This document shows, one piece after another, positions 1 through 17,865 of a DNA stretch of 64,000 nt. The position numbers were made by a program, and so were the translations under genes. Location of the stretch: NCBI GenBank assembly GCA_964016885.1, contig CAXHJY010000007.1, positions 1-64,000 of the forward strand, given 5' to 3'. Below the pieces are notes generated by a model, which saw nothing but the letters and a program-made list of their open reading frames with translations, was not told the origin of the DNA and made no database searches. How positions within the stretch are numbered: position 1 is the stretch's first letter; each line of letters opens with the position of its first letter. The stretch is from Eledone cirrhosa (lineage: Eukaryota).

Positions 1-5064
<5,064 letters not shown>

Positions 5065-5449
5065 GTGAGGTTTTTTTTACAAAATGAAAAATAACCGAGG
5101 TGTCCTACACGAGTGAAAGTATAAAGAAAAAGAGATGAAATCGAAAATTCAACTGGAGTCTTATTTTTTTTTAAAATATAGATATTTATTTGGTTCCTTT
5201 ACCGGTTTCGCAGTGCTTCTGCTTTTCAAAAGGTGAGTTGAGATGGAGAGTCTGTGGTTTTTTCACATCTGGTTGGTCTCTGAATGTTACTTGTTTTATA
5301 TGGAAAAAGTGGCTCGAAATGCCAGGTTTTTCGAGAAGTAATTTGATTGGTTTGTCAATAATTATAATAAATTTCGCGCCAGTTCGCGTTACAATAGTTC
5401 TTCAAATAAGAGGGGGCGTTGTCACAGGTTGTTTTTTTTCATATATGAG

Positions 5450-6095
5450 TGTTTGAATTTATTTTTACTTGAAAAAAGGGGCTCACGAAGGCTTTTTTTT
5501 GGTTGGTTATAAATGAAATTATGGCTGTCACGTGAACAAGTTTTCATTAAATTTTCGTGCCCTTATTTGGAAATCCATTCTGTAGCATTTTTAGAGAATT
5601 TTATGATAAGTGAAAGATAATGGTCAAGAGAAAGGGATGGGAGAATTGTTCTGGTTCAGTGAATATGGTTAGTTCGCTGGGGTGTCAGAATTCAGATTTT
5701 CTATTGAATAAAGAAAGTAAAGATATGTATGTTTATTTGTGTGCTTGTGTGTGCGTGTGTGTGCGTGTGTGTTGTGTGTGTGTATGTTTGAATTTCTTTA
5801 CTTTAAAAAAGGTGGCTCACGAAGGCTTTTTTTTAATAAACTTGATTTGATTGGTTATAAATGAAATTTGGGTGTCACGTGAACAAGTTTTCATTACAGT
5901 TTTGCGCCCTTATTTGGAAATCTATTTTGTAGCCTTTATAGAGAATGTTATGACAAGGGAAAGATAGTGGTCAAGAGAAATGGGATTGGGAGAATTGTTC
6001 TGGTTCAGTGAATATGGTTAGTTCGCTGGGGTGTCAGAGTTCAGATTTTCTATTGAAGTAAAGATATGTATATTTATTTGTGTGCTTGTGTGTGT
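5450..6095. repeat. Tandem duplication of an approximately 320-bp block (about 5450-5760 and 5785-6095)
   Basis: Both copies carry GGCTCACGAAGGC, GTCACGTGAACAAG and GGTTAGTTCGCTGGGGTGTCAGA in the same order. Confidence 0.85.
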
Positions 6096-6550
6096 ATATC
6101 CACCACATATTTACACCTTCAGCCTCCGGATTTCTCTCCCCCACCCCTCTATCCACACACGCACAGACACTCCGACCTACACCCCACACACACCTCTTCC
6201 TGAACATGCAACCCCGTTCTTCCCCCAACCCTTGCTTTCACATACACACACACACACATCCACACACCACCTTCAGCCCTCCCCGCTCGGACACCCCGTC
6301 TCCCTCTCCCCACCTGCCACCACCCCTACACACTCCACACCCTTCCACCACCTGTTTTACCCCTTTTTAATTTCAGTTTATTTTGATCATGCTTTTATAT
6401 TTATTTTTATTTCATTTATTTTTATTTTGATCATGCTTTATTTTTATTTTTTATTTCATTCACACCGTTTCCTCCCACCCCCTTTTCGCTATATGTCTCT
6501 CCACCACTCCCCTACACACCCTTTGAACTCTCTTCCCACACACTTTTCAC

Positions 6551-6578
6551 CTGAGGAAGGGCTTATGCCCGAAACGTC
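6551..6578 (+). ncRNA. Minimal Penelope-type hammerhead ribozyme motif
   Basis: CTGAGGA-A-GGGC/TTAT/GCCC-GAAAC-GTC followed by AATAAA and (TA)n; helix I is only about 2 bp. Confidence 0.5.
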
Positions 6579-6669
6579 GTTCCCCACCACCACCCCACTC
6601 TCCAGAGCATGAAATTAATAAACATTCGTTGTACTGCCTCTCTGTTTTGTTCCTGTTCAAATTTTCCCT

Positions 6670-6700
<31 letters not shown>

Positions 6701-6718
6701 ATATTTAAGTATTTTCAG

Positions 6719-6888
6719 ATGATGGATGGATTAAAGTTTATCTTTTAAAAGCTGAAAGTAATTGTCTCCCGCTGTATACTTTCATATATCCTAATTTTGA
6801 ATATATTCGTAAATGCTATCAAAAGCTTGGATCAGATTTTTTCAGAAGTCCTTTATTGGATAATTGGAAGATATTACCCCTAAACAAG
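6719..6888 (+). CDS. Host gene internal coding exon A (DDGWIKVYLL...FRSPLLDNWKILPLNK) of an uncharacterised, probably extracellular-domain protein
   Basis: ttttcag acceptor, open frame over 170 nt, AAG|gtaaag donor, phase 1 to 0. Confidence 0.75.
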
Positions 6889-7203
6889 GTAAAGTTTAAA
6901 TTTTTTCATGTTTTAAGTCAATTGTAATTAGCTGTGTCCGTGATCTTCACAAGTCCTCTGAAACTGGTATGATAAATATTGTTAATGTTTAGCTCTAACA
7001 TCAGTCGATACCTGTAGTAAGAACGTAGAGTTGTGAAAGGAATTCCTGTGAGTTTACAGTTTGATGATGAAGGATTAGTATAGAGCAGTGTTTCTCAATC
7101 TTCACTCACCCTCGACCTATTTCGATTAAAAAAAAAAAACCTGCACTTGGTCATGATCGGGATACGTTGATATACAGTATAGTATATAGGCTATCTTCTA
7201 AAG

Positions 7204-8423
7204 CAGAGGTTCTCCATGTGGGCGCTACTGCTCCCCGAGTGGCGTTAAGTAGGTCCAGGGGCGCACTGGGGGACGCTATGAATTTCTTATTTATAATATC
7301 ATTATAGTATTGTATACATATGATATAATAATATATTAAGTATCAAATAATACATATATATAACAATAGTAAAAAAAAACATAATATTTATTTGTACATA
7401 TTATATATTATATTATTTACTAGCAGTGGTACCCGGCGTTGCTCGTGATGAGGTATTTTGGAACGCGGGCCGCCAACAGACTTAATCGTGGAAAAACTGC
7501 ATGCGTGGACAATATGTAAAGAAAATAAACCGAATACTCTGATGGCTGGATAATCTTTAAGATTTTCCTCGGTGAAGCAGGAAAAATGCAGGTTTTCACC
7601 TAATGCGGGCCCTAGGGGATCAAGAAAATGAATTTTTTTATGTGCATAATATGCCTTGAAATTTCGGGAAAATCGGCTAGATGTAACGCCTCCAAAAAGC
7701 CCTAAAAAGCTGAAAAAAATAAAGTTTTTCACCTAATGCAGGCCCTAGGCCATAAAAAAGTTGGATTTTCTTTGCTCACGGTAGAGACTAACTAATACAT
7801 AGTTACAATTTCAAGGAAATCAGTCTGACGTAGCGACTAAAAAAAAACCTAAAAACCTGAAAAAACGCAGTTTTTCACCTAGGGGATCAAAAAGTTGAAT
7901 TTTTTTATGTGCATAACACTCCATGAAATATAAGTAATACGCATGTAAAGTTTGAAAAAATCGGTTGGGTACTTCTCGAGTTTTAGGGAGTCAAACTCAC
8001 AGACACACACACAGAGACAACATCCTCAGGGAAGTGACGTAATGCAGACAGCCAGACATACAGACAGATATTATAAGGGCGCGACGTAATATGTATGTAT
8101 CTATCTAAAAAGAGAAAGACTAAGAATTATAGTGAGAGATCGCTAAATCGCCTAATGTGGTCCCTAGGGCATTGAAAATTTGAAAGATTTTTTGCTCTGA
8201 AAACTTCCTGAAACATGAGTATTACATGTGTAAAGTTTGAAAACAGTCGGTTGGAAACAGACAGACATCCTCAGTTTTATAGATTATATATAAATTAGCG
8301 ATTTTATTTATTATATATTATTTACAATTTGTGTGTAGGAAAGTCTCTGTAAATAGGTTTGGGGGCGCTGAAGTTATTATGAAGTCATGAAGGGTGCAAA
8401 CAGTTAGAGAACTTCTGTTTCTG
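7204..8423. mobile_element. hAT (Charlie-like) MITE carrying a nested Helitron
   Basis: CAGAGGTTCTC...GAGAACTTCTG termini; 8-bp TTCTAAAG at 7196-7203 and 8424-8431 (6-bp slippage duplication at the right end). Confidence 0.65.
7420..8290 (-). mobile_element. Non-autonomous Helitron with internal approximately 120-bp tandem repeats
   Basis: Minus strand ends in GC-rich CGAGCAACGCCGGG...CTAG|T; (GTCT)n near the 5' end; repeated TTTTCACCTA units. Confidence 0.65.
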
Positions 8424-8639
8424 TTCTAAAGTTTCTGGTGACACTGGTATAGAGCAAACAATACAGTAAAATAAAGGAACATATTAGTTTAAGCTTGATA
8501 TAATAGGAAAAGATTAGATAGAGAGGGAGAAGAGAAAAGAACGGAATATTTCTGAGGAGGAAAAAACACTTGTGTTAAGTTAGCCATTGAAAGTGGCTGC
8601 GTGACCTCTTCAAAGACAGAAGCCATGCTGCCGCAGCTA

Positions 8640-8840
8640 ATGGATCCCTCTCAAAGGAAACAATAATTCGTGATGTCCCCCAGAGAACATTCTTGGGACC
8701 ATTGTTGTTTGTGGTGGCTCTCTCTCAGTCTTGATCTCCATAGTATAGGCAACTGACTTCACTAGTTATGCTGACGTCCAGAAAGTAGCACGGCAATCAC
8801 GAATCTGGATGCTATATACAAATGGGCCGAACATTTCAAG
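8640..8840 (+). pseudogene. CR1/Jockey-type RT fragment
   Basis: Translates to DVPQRTFLGPLLF ... SYAD (decayed GVPQG..LGPLLF and YADD motifs). Confidence 0.55.
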
Positions 8841-9345
8841 CCCTCCCCTATCAACCCACTAATTGATATGAGCAACGATGCGTCGTTTCGTGTAAACGAC
8901 TGGCCGGAGGGATTCCGAGGTCTTACAGGACGAGTAACCAAGAAACTATGATGGTCTTCAAGAGGATATTTGTCACTGATCTCTTAACTCCTAACAGAAT
9001 CGTAAGGGCATTGTCCTGACATACGGGCATTTTAAACCTAATGAAGCTCAATCTTTTCCATTTCTGAACACAGTCAGTCTCTTCCAGAAACAGTAAGAGA
9101 GAAAGAAAGAGAGAGAGGGGAGAGAGAAAAAGAGATAGCGAGAGAGAGAGGGTGGATATAGAGGAAAAAACTCGACCCCAATACTGAGTTAGCTACATTT
9201 ACAGAAATCTAAATAATAAAAAACAAAGTTAATGTCGGCAGGAATTGAACTCAGAGCGCCGAGGTCAGACAGTATAATGTTTTCTTAATGTTTTGTATTT
9301 ATCAATGAAAGGTTTTAAGTGTCTAATGAAATCTGTAATTTGCAG

Positions 9346-9509
9346 GTGAAGTTGGTGATTTATAAAAAGAATAAGGCTGCAGTCTCGATGATATTTAACG
9401 GAAAAGGTTCAACCCATTTAAATGTGTTCTCAATCAACAGACTTTTATCATCGCCATGGACGGATTTAATCCCTGCCAATGTTGTTGTGTTTGGTGTAAA
9501 TACTTGGGC
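9346..9509 (+). CDS. Host gene coding exon B (VKLVIYKK...IFNGKGS...RLLSSPWTDL...VNTW)
   Basis: ttgcag acceptor, GC|gtaagt donor, phase 0 to 2, compatible with exons A and C. Confidence 0.8.
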
Positions 9510-10039
9510 GTAAGTAATAAAATGTCACACACACATACATATATATATATTTACTCTAGGGTCAGAAACAATCGTTCCCCACCCACCGCGTATTAAATTT
9601 TGCTAATCTGTCTCCGAAAATTTTATTTTAAGTGGTAGCATTCTTGCGACAATTTGTAACGAATAATCCAGTTGTAACGAATAAGTGGACAGATGGAATT
9701 GTTGGTATGATGGTTTCAATGCAAAGAATAATACCAGGATTGTGTTGTTACAATGTTTATTATAACAATATTCAATTTGAATATTGAATGATAAAATCTA
9801 TAACATGAAATATTCGTACAGTAATTTGGTGGCTCTTCAAGCCACGTAAATACAAGTATCACAGAATACGATTATAATATAATTTGTATTGTATCTGAAA
9901 GATACAATGTGACAAACAGAAATGGTGCGTGTGAAATGAAAACAGTGTGAACTTAGAAGGATGGATATATCATCTGAGTTGTGGTTAGTGTCTCCCAAAG
10001 GGTTGGTCTGCCAGGTGTAAACAACTTAGAAGGATGGGA

Positions 10040-10304
10040 ACTGGTTTGCTTTTGTCTATCAAAAGTGAAAGTTTGCGTCTCAGCAAGCGGTGAACCCTGC
10101 CTACAGTTCCTCTCATCGTTTATATCCGTAAAGTGACTAAAGATTAAAACAAATGTAATATATTTACGGTTAGGGTTAGGGTTAGTTTTTAGGGTTAGGG
10201 TTACATTTGTTTTAATCTTTAGTCACTTTACGGATATAAACGAGGGGGGAAATGCGCTTGGTGAGACCCAAACTTTCACTTTTGACAGATAATAACAAAC
10301 CAGT
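10040..10304. mobile_element. Palindromic (foldback/MITE-like) element with TTAGGG repeats in the loop
   Basis: Perfect 43-bp inverted repeat 10116-10158/10201-10243; imperfect outer arms 10040-10089/10255-10304. Confidence 0.8.
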
Positions 10305-10659
10305 GCCGAAGGATGGATATATCGGACCTCTTTTTTGCCAAGCGTAAACAACATCTGACCTGTGTTTCGCATCTCCCAAGGGGTTGGTCTGCCGGGCGTA
10401 AACAACTAACCACGGCTTGTCCCAGAGGCGGGAAAGCTCAGATTCGGTTTCGAATCTTCGCCGCCGTTATAAATTAATTTTCTTTATTCATTAAAAAAAA
10501 ACATTACACATGACAAAAAAAGAACAAAAATAAATAGGGCACGTTTCGGTCTAAATAAAAAAAAAAGGGAGGCAAGCTAGAAAATTTACCGATACCCCCA
10601 CCCCCACTCTCTGCTTATTCCACCACCCTATTATGTGGGACCCAAGCGTATATATATAT

Positions 10660-10970
10660 ATATATAAACAAGGTTTAGTAAATAATGAAAAAGTTTCAAA
10701 ATAAATTTTAAAAAATCTCTCTTTGCAACGAAGGCCGTATGGTCTCCGTTTTATTTTTGGGATTCGAAACCGATCGGTAAAGGTAACTATAGTAGGTAAA
10801 GTCAATTTTTTAAAATTTATTTTGAAACTTTTTCATTATTTACTAAACCTTGTTTATATTTGTTCTGGCTCGTTAATTTATTAACCCGCCATTGAACCAC
10901 ATTGGCACTTGGTTGGACAATACATGCGTACCTTGGCGCCTTGTGCGTGAAGGGACGTATTTCATATTAC
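10660..10970 (+). mobile_element. Small Penelope-like remnant with an inverted end, flanked by (TA)n
   Basis: Near-perfect approximately 55-bp inverted repeat 10660-10716/10805-10859 around a decayed hammerhead-like motif (GAAACC-GATC-GGTA). Confidence 0.5.
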
Positions 10971-11269
10971 TATATATATATATATATATGTGTGTGTGGA
11001 GGGGGGGGGTGTACATATATAACGAGGAGGCACATAAGGCACGACAGTAGATTTTGCTTGTGTAGTAGATAGTATTTACTGTCAAATCTACACCAGAGGA
11101 GAGCTTTCCGTGCCACGCGTCGCCTCAGTATCGATATTTTGGTTCGCTTAAATTCGATAGCATTCATTCTATGACAAGATCTGCTTTGGGCTTGATAGAA
11201 AGACAAAACGTTCTATATAGGGGGAATAACTCTGTTAATCCTAGTTTAGTTTTTTCACTTTTAAAAGCA

Positions 11270-11795
11270 GAATTGCAAAAGCCGATGCAGTAATGCGCCA
11301 GCTTCAGATTCAGTAATCAGAAGAAAGGAGGTATGTGTAAAAGCGAAACTCGATATCTTCAATTCGGTTTTCGTGCCAACCCTAACCTATAGTCATGGGT
11401 AATGACCGAAAGAATACGATCGCGAATACAAGCGGCCGAAATAGGGGTGTTCCGAAATGTCTCTGGAGAAACGCTACTCGATAGAATGCGTGGTTTGGAG
11501 TTCAGATTGTCGCTCAAGGTAGAGACGCTATTTCACCGAATTGAAAGGTCACTGCCCCTATACTATGGGTTAGAATGTCCCAGGAAAGAATCGCTGGACA
11601 TATTTTATGGACAAAACCAACCGGTAGGAGATCCAAGGGTAGACCACGAGCAAGATGGTTGGATAACGTCCATGAGATTGTCTGGTCTCGCTTGGAGATC
11701 CAGCCGGATCAGTTGGAGTCGGTTGCTTCTGACGGGACCTACTTGAAGGAGTATTTGAGGAATCTGCCCCCACGACCCTCTCAAGAAGAAGAAGA
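11270..11795 (+). pseudogene. RTE-clade LINE 3' fragment
   Basis: MTERIRSRIQAAE ... GRRSKGRPRARWLD C-terminal motifs with frameshifts. Confidence 0.8.
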
Positions 11796-11877
11796 TCATT
11801 TCTTCTGGTTTTATTGCTTGTAGATTCTGCTCAATGCCACCTAAAGTCCCCTAGGAAACTGAACAAGCAACAGTATT

Positions 11878-11880
<3 letters not shown>

Positions 11881-11962
<82 letters not shown>
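11881..11962. repeat. (GT)n microsatellite
   Basis: Directly visible. Confidence 0.98.
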
Positions 11963-11965
<3 letters not shown>

Positions 11966-12701
11966 CTTAGTTACACTCTCTCATCACTGATTCTGGTTTT
12001 CACCAGTATCATTTTTTAAATTTATATTGCTTCCTTAGATAATTGTTTGACCACCTGCTTTTAATTGCTCTCTTTTGTTGTTTTTAATGTTTTCTTTCTC
12101 TAAGACTAGGTTTTGACAGTTATCAATGTTTTAAATAAAATTTGAATCAATATTTTATATTTAGAATTTTTTAGACTTTATTTTGACTTTATAATAAAAT
12201 TTAGATTTTTTAGACAGGGCAAATTCAAAGAAGGGAATGTTTCGCTAAAAACAGTGTCGGTGCCATAACTTCTCATGGCTCACCGACAGATGTAAAGACG
12301 ATATGGTCGACACTTCTAAAGAGACTTTAGACAACTGAAATATCGCAATATGAAATATGGTGAACGAAGAGATGAAAACATGCGCGCCAGACAATACATA
12401 GTGGCTTGAATGGATAAAAAAAAAAAACACGCTAGAAATTGCTGCCTATAACCATTCAAAATTAAAAAGCTCAACAACATAAAGAAATTAGGTAGGAGCC
12501 AAAATATCAAAAACGGAGTTAAGGAGTCCCGTTAAACCTCTATTAATTTAATAAGCTCAATGAATATAGTATATTTTAATTTACCTTTTTAATTATTATG
12601 TATTTTCCACACTTTTCGTAGACTTTATGATTCTCACTGTAGTGGTTGTCTACCCCTCGTAATTGAAAACATACCCATTCGTGTTTTCTTCTCTATATAC
12701 T

Positions 12702-14780
12702 TATAACAGGACACTGGGTTGTACGTACAATGTTTATTTAACAAGGTTGAGCTATGTAGAGCAGAATAGTTGATATGCCAAGAGAGATGAAAGGATGAAT
12801 TAAAGTTAGTTGTTTACCGTTTTGAAGTCAGCGCGCAAGAGACCAAGAGGTCTTTACATTACCATGTTCAGGTTGCCAGAGAGATTACGCTCGGCGGAAC
12901 GCACCTGGCCGAAAGGTGAAATGAGAGGGACATAGCTTTCAGCTATCTCCTTTATAGTTCCCTCGGACGGAAGTCCCTAAGAAGGTTCTGCAACCTCAAC
13001 GGGAAGTAACTCCAGCTACTTCCTGTCTAGAGAGCGCTACAGGACTCCCCTCCCAGACGAGAAGTCGAATGACCAAATGAAATCATTGTAACGAGAACAC
13101 GAGGAGCAAGGCAAAAGGTACAAGAACATGAATGAACAAAACATGAGCAAGCAAATAGCAAAATGAGCATGCAAAAATTAATGATAGATATCAAGGTAGC
13201 CAACCGCTCTTGGCCAGAGAACGACTGGACATCTATCTATCCATCACACAAAGATACAATGTAATCAACCTAAGATGAGGTCAAAGTAGCAAAGAAACGT
13301 GCTCGAACATAGTTATTAAAAAAAAGTTCAAATGTTCAAAAATAAAGTTAACCTGACAGCAGGAAAGAGAGTGTGTCACCAAGAGAATATATGCAGGTGG
13401 TTTCTGGACTGTGGTACAACGTGAAATTCCCAACTTCCGAAGACGGTGGGATTTTCTCACAGGAAGAGTGCTGCAAAAATAAATTCTGTGTTTTGTTCTG
13501 CTGGTTTTGGTTGTTGATAAAGCAAAGATGAAGCTGTGTTGTTGTTGTTGTTGTCTCGCGGAGTGACCCTATTCGATGTTGTTTCCATTCACAGTAAAAT
13601 GTTTCCCAGAAAAAATGAGTTGCGCAAAGTGCTAGAAATAACAGCCAAAGTTGATGGTCGATGTTGAGAACGCGTTGACTTGGATGGGTCAAGAGGCCAG
13701 CGACCATAGAAATAATCATTCTGAATAAATGCGCAGTTTTCAACGGCAAATTTACGTGGTAAATTTCTAAACCGGCAAATAGGAGAATATAGCTTAAGGC
13801 TGGAGAATCCTTGGCAAGAAACAGTATCTATGGCGTGTGTTATCTCAGTGAGTCGAGATGTGTGCTCCCACACGTGCCGAAACAAGGTTAAAGTCAAGTT
13901 GAAAAAAAATATTTCTATTGCGCGAAAATGATAGTGCAACAGGTCGTTGGCAGCCATTTAAAAAAATGTGTGTGTGAACGTGATAATATGATGAAAGAGA
14001 AGGAAAGGCTATATTCACTTTGTATATGGCGAGAGTTCAATTTTTTTTTGAAAGTGATGAAAAAGTAGCGAAAAAAGTTTAGTTGAATGAGTAAGCGAGC
14101 TGTGATATTCATCAAAATTGACATGTTGAATATAAGAATACAGGAGTCCAAGTCTTTTTGAGTGTTCGTTGTGAGGCGGACGAAGGATATATCCAGTGAG
14201 TGAAACACAGTTAAACGATGTAAACACGTGAGGTGAAGAACAAAATTTGTTCTTGTTTGTTTGCTGCTGAGAAGAAGATTACTTCTATTTTTCGTTGTAG
14301 AAAAAATCCATGTGGAATGTTGTTAGAGGAATTTTTTCTTTTTGAAATACTGCTAATTAATTTTCTTTTTTTCATATTCACTCAACACCAGATCCTATTA
14401 TTTTTTCTCGGGGTCACCAATTATAACATGGTGACTGGGTTGTATGTGCAATGTTTATTTAACAAGGTTGAGCTATGTAGAGCAGAATAGTTGACATGCC
14501 AAGAGAGATGAAAGGATGAATTAAAGTTAGTTGTTTACCGTTTTGAAGTCAGCGCGCAAGAGATCAAGAGGTCTTTACATTACCATGTTCAGGTTGCCAG
14601 AGAGATTACCCTCCAGCCGAAAGGTGAAATGAGAGATTACGTACCAGCCGAAAGATGAAATGAGAGGGACATAGCTTTCAGCTATCTCCTTTATAGTTCC
14701 CTCGGACGGAAGTCCCTAAGAAAGTTCTGCAACCTCAACGGGAACTAACTCCAGCTACTTCCAGTCTAGAGAGCGCTACA
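12702..14780 (-). mobile_element. Complete non-autonomous LTR retroelement (LTRs 12702-13041 and 14422-14780)
   Basis: Two LTRs TGTAGCGC...TTATA, PBS TGGTGACCCCGA (tRNA-Trp type), PPT GGGAGGGGAG, 4-bp TSD TACT on both sides; no recognisable pol. Confidence 0.9.
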
Positions 14781-15375
14781 TACTGTATTATGAAGATCCC
14801 GGTAATTATCCCTTGAGCTTTTAGAAATAGGTATTTTTGTGTTATTGTTAATTGAGAGAGTTAATAGATATATGTTGTGTTATGAATGTTATATTTGTTT
14901 GTGTATTGTATCACAGAGAGTAACCGAAGCAGTCCAAGGGAATGTTGTGGTAAATGTTGTAGCAGGGTATTACAACGTTTTTTTATATATATTTATTTAC
15001 AAACAGATTACAAAGGTTTAGCTGGCATGCCATAATGAAGTGAATAGACAAATTAAGAGTTTAAGGAGGTTCGGTCAACTGGCTGAGGCGTTAGCCAGAC
15101 CCGTAGTGATATTTGTTACTACATATTGTCTATGCTTGAGGAACGAAATCAAGAGATGTTTACCTTGGTGGTGTCGAGCTGCAAGAGAGAGATTTTCGAA
15201 GGGAAGCGGGAATTTTTCCTTTTCGACGGAAGTTGAAATACATTTCCCTTCGCTGGTAGCATTTGGCTGAACTGAGCCAAACAACGTATGGAGAATGTAT
15301 TCAAGAGCCATCAGAATGTAGGTCACTACAAGCTCATTACAGGGGATTAATGCGAGTCTTTAACTCCATTTTTTC

Positions 15376-15431
<56 letters not shown>

Positions 15432-15632
15432 TATATATTTGTGTGTGTCCGTGTGTGTGTGAGTCCTGGGTTCAATCGAGGGCAACCATAGTTATTAGGG
15501 TACTCAATACATTAATTGACTTTTCCCCTCCCTAAAATTGCTAACCTTGTGCCAATGTTAGAAAGAATAAATTCTACACCTCTCAGTGTGTTTACAGTAA
15601 TAAGTTGTTCCAACTTCTTTTGTGTTTTACAG

Positions 15633-15790
15633 ATCAAGAACATTTTATTTTGCGAAATTCCACAAAAGCTGCTCTGCTGATAATGGATGGCTGATTTTAG
15701 CTGAAAGAGGGTTATGTTATTTCGAACAGTCATTTAATTTTCCCAAGATTCTATATTCTCATAAATCTATTGCCACTAATTGGAACACTG
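15633..15790 (+). CDS. Host gene coding exon C (SRTFYFAKFHKSCSADNGWL...CYFE...PKILYS...WNT)
   Basis: ttttacag acceptor, G|gtaagt donor, phase 2 to 1. Confidence 0.8.
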
Positions 15791-16080
15791 GTAAGTATGA
15801 AAATGTATTTAGTTTACATCAGTATAAAATATGTTTACACAAACCAAACTATTAATGCTAGCATTTAACGAGATAAATGATAGATTTCTTTGGTAAAGTC
15901 AGTGAAATAAATATTTTAATATTAGTTTGTGATGAAGGGAAATGAATTGTAATGTTTAGAACATTGCTCTTCGAAGAAGAAGTATTGAAGGTGGCTCTGA
16001 CTAGTGGTTTTTCACTTTTACTTAACAAGTCATTCTATGAGCCATATTTTGATTTGTACAGGGAATGTAATCACACCGGT

Positions 16081-16355
16081 AGATGTGGCTTAGTAATTAG
16101 AGTGTTCAGCTTACGATTGTAAAATAATGAGTTTGATTCCCGGACTATGCGGTGCGATGTGTCAATCAGCAAGACACTTTATTTCACATTGCTCTAGACC
16201 ACTCAGCGGGCAAAAAATTAGTTTTATCAGTAATTCAAGAGGCAAACCTTGTCATACATTGCGTCACGCTGAATCTCCCTGAAAATTAGGTTGTGCGCGT
16301 GTTTATGGAATGATCAACCCCTTATGCGTTAATTTCACCAACAGGAAATTCCGTG
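16081..16355 (+). mobile_element. tRNA-derived SINE (decayed); a 3' copy lies at 55172-55390
   Basis: A/B-box-like head (TGGCTTAGTAA..., GTTTGATTCC), GCAAGACACTTTATTTCACATTGCTC body; the CTGAATCTCCCTGA segment is shared with 55172-55390. Confidence 0.7.
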
Positions 16356-17129
16356 AACTGAAAACAAATTTATGTTTTTCCACTGGGTTTTGAGGCTTTG
16401 GACAAATCTTACCTTCAAAACCGTCGAAAATTATTCGTGTTTTTAGCTAACTGGGATGGGGTAAGACCCAGAGTTCTTAGGTGTGGAGTTGAATACCCCC
16501 TCCCTTTAACTAAAAGACGAATAATTTCCGAGGATCTTTAAGGTTAGATTCGGTCAAATCACAAAATAAAACCACCAATTTCATCTCCACAGCACGACGG
16601 ATGTAATAATCAAAGTGACCAACAACTGGTCTGTATTAACCCAAGGTCGTGCTCCTACTCTTTCATATATTTTTAGGCTCCTTAGGCTATTTAATCTTTC
16701 AGCCTACTACAGAAAAAAAAAAAAATAATAACTGACAGGTCCCCTACTCCCTGCGAGTGCCTAGGGTTTCAACTGTATCAACCTTATAAATAATACAGCC
16801 ATGAAAAACAAAACCATTTTCTGGTTTGTTTTTGAATTTCCCCATTTATCTCCAAACCTCCTCTCTTGTCTTCTCTTTTCATTTCCCTGTTATATCAATC
16901 TATTTGAGACCTCTGGTGTCTTCAGTCTCATAACTGTCGTTTTCCTCTGTAAAAATGGGAGGAGTGTATCCCGCCTGAAGAGGGAGCCCCGTGACACACA
17001 ATGTCACTGGCAATGCATTTTGTTTGTGGGACGCAGTTTGTATACGCTGTCTGAAATGGGATGTAGAGTCTGCCGTTTTCTCCCCATTTCCTTTAGTTTC
17101 GCATGGTTCCTTTAACTGCTAGGGAGGCT

Positions 17130-17420
17130 CCTTAGAAGTTGCCAACAGCTTTTGTTACTTAGGTGATCAAATTAGTAGTGGGGTGGATATGCACTCACAG
17201 TGTGATAGCCAAGATCAGAACAGGCTGGAAGAAGTTTAGAGAGTCACTCCAAGTAGAGCCGATTTGAGAGATCACAGCTCTGATACTATGGGCATGTGGT
17301 TAGAATGTCCCAGGAAAGAATCGCTGGACAGATTTTACAGGCAAAACCAACCGACAAGAGACCCACATAACATCCATGAGCTTGGCTGGTCTTGCTTTGG
17401 GATCCAGCTAAATCAGTTAT
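17130..17420 (+). pseudogene. Short fragments of two RTE families (PHD-RTE: SFCYLGDQISSG...RTGWKKFRE; and the 11.3-kb family)
   Basis: Direct similarity to 46580-46690 and to 11560-11710 (GGTTAGAATGTCCCAGGAAAGAATCGCTGGACA). Confidence 0.65.
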
Positions 17421-17679
17421 AAAGTCAGAGTCCACAATGTAGCAAAAAGAGATATAGTGAAGTTGATGGTGACTAAGTTGATTGTTGATTGTTGATTGTA
17501 GCGCAGTTGAATGTTGTTGAGTAGATGTAGCGATGGAATGAATTGGTTTGTGTTTGTTGTTCATTTGAGCATGGTAAAGTTTGTAGCAGTTTGTGTTGTT
17601 GGCTTGCTGGGTGATTACGAAAAAGGCAAAAATTGTCCTATATATAAGTGTTGTGGAGAAAATGTCGGGGAATGAACGT

Positions 17680-17828
17680 TTTGAGTTCAAATCCCGACGA
17701 GGTTAGCTTTACCTTTCATCCTTACAGGGTCGATAAAATAAAGCACCAGTAATGCACTGAGGTCGATTTAATCGACTTTCCCCTCTCCCCAAATTGCTAG
17801 CCTTGTGCCTATAATAGAAATGATTATA
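17680..17828 (+). mobile_element. SINE with a CCTTTCATCCTT..GGGTCGATAAAAT central domain (Meta-domain-like); other copies at 37921-38013(-), 48426-48533(-), 50401-50610, 51165-51290, 62452-62570
   Basis: GAGTTCAAATCCC B-box, shared core and GGCCTTGTGCC..AGAAAC(ATT)n tail. Confidence 0.8.
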
Positions 17829-17865
17829 CTATTTATTTGTTGCTTTGTTTTATTTTGTTTTTCAG

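Noticed and set aside
14790-15380. Possible additional solo LTR
   Set aside because: No second copy, TSD or clear TG...CA boundaries found
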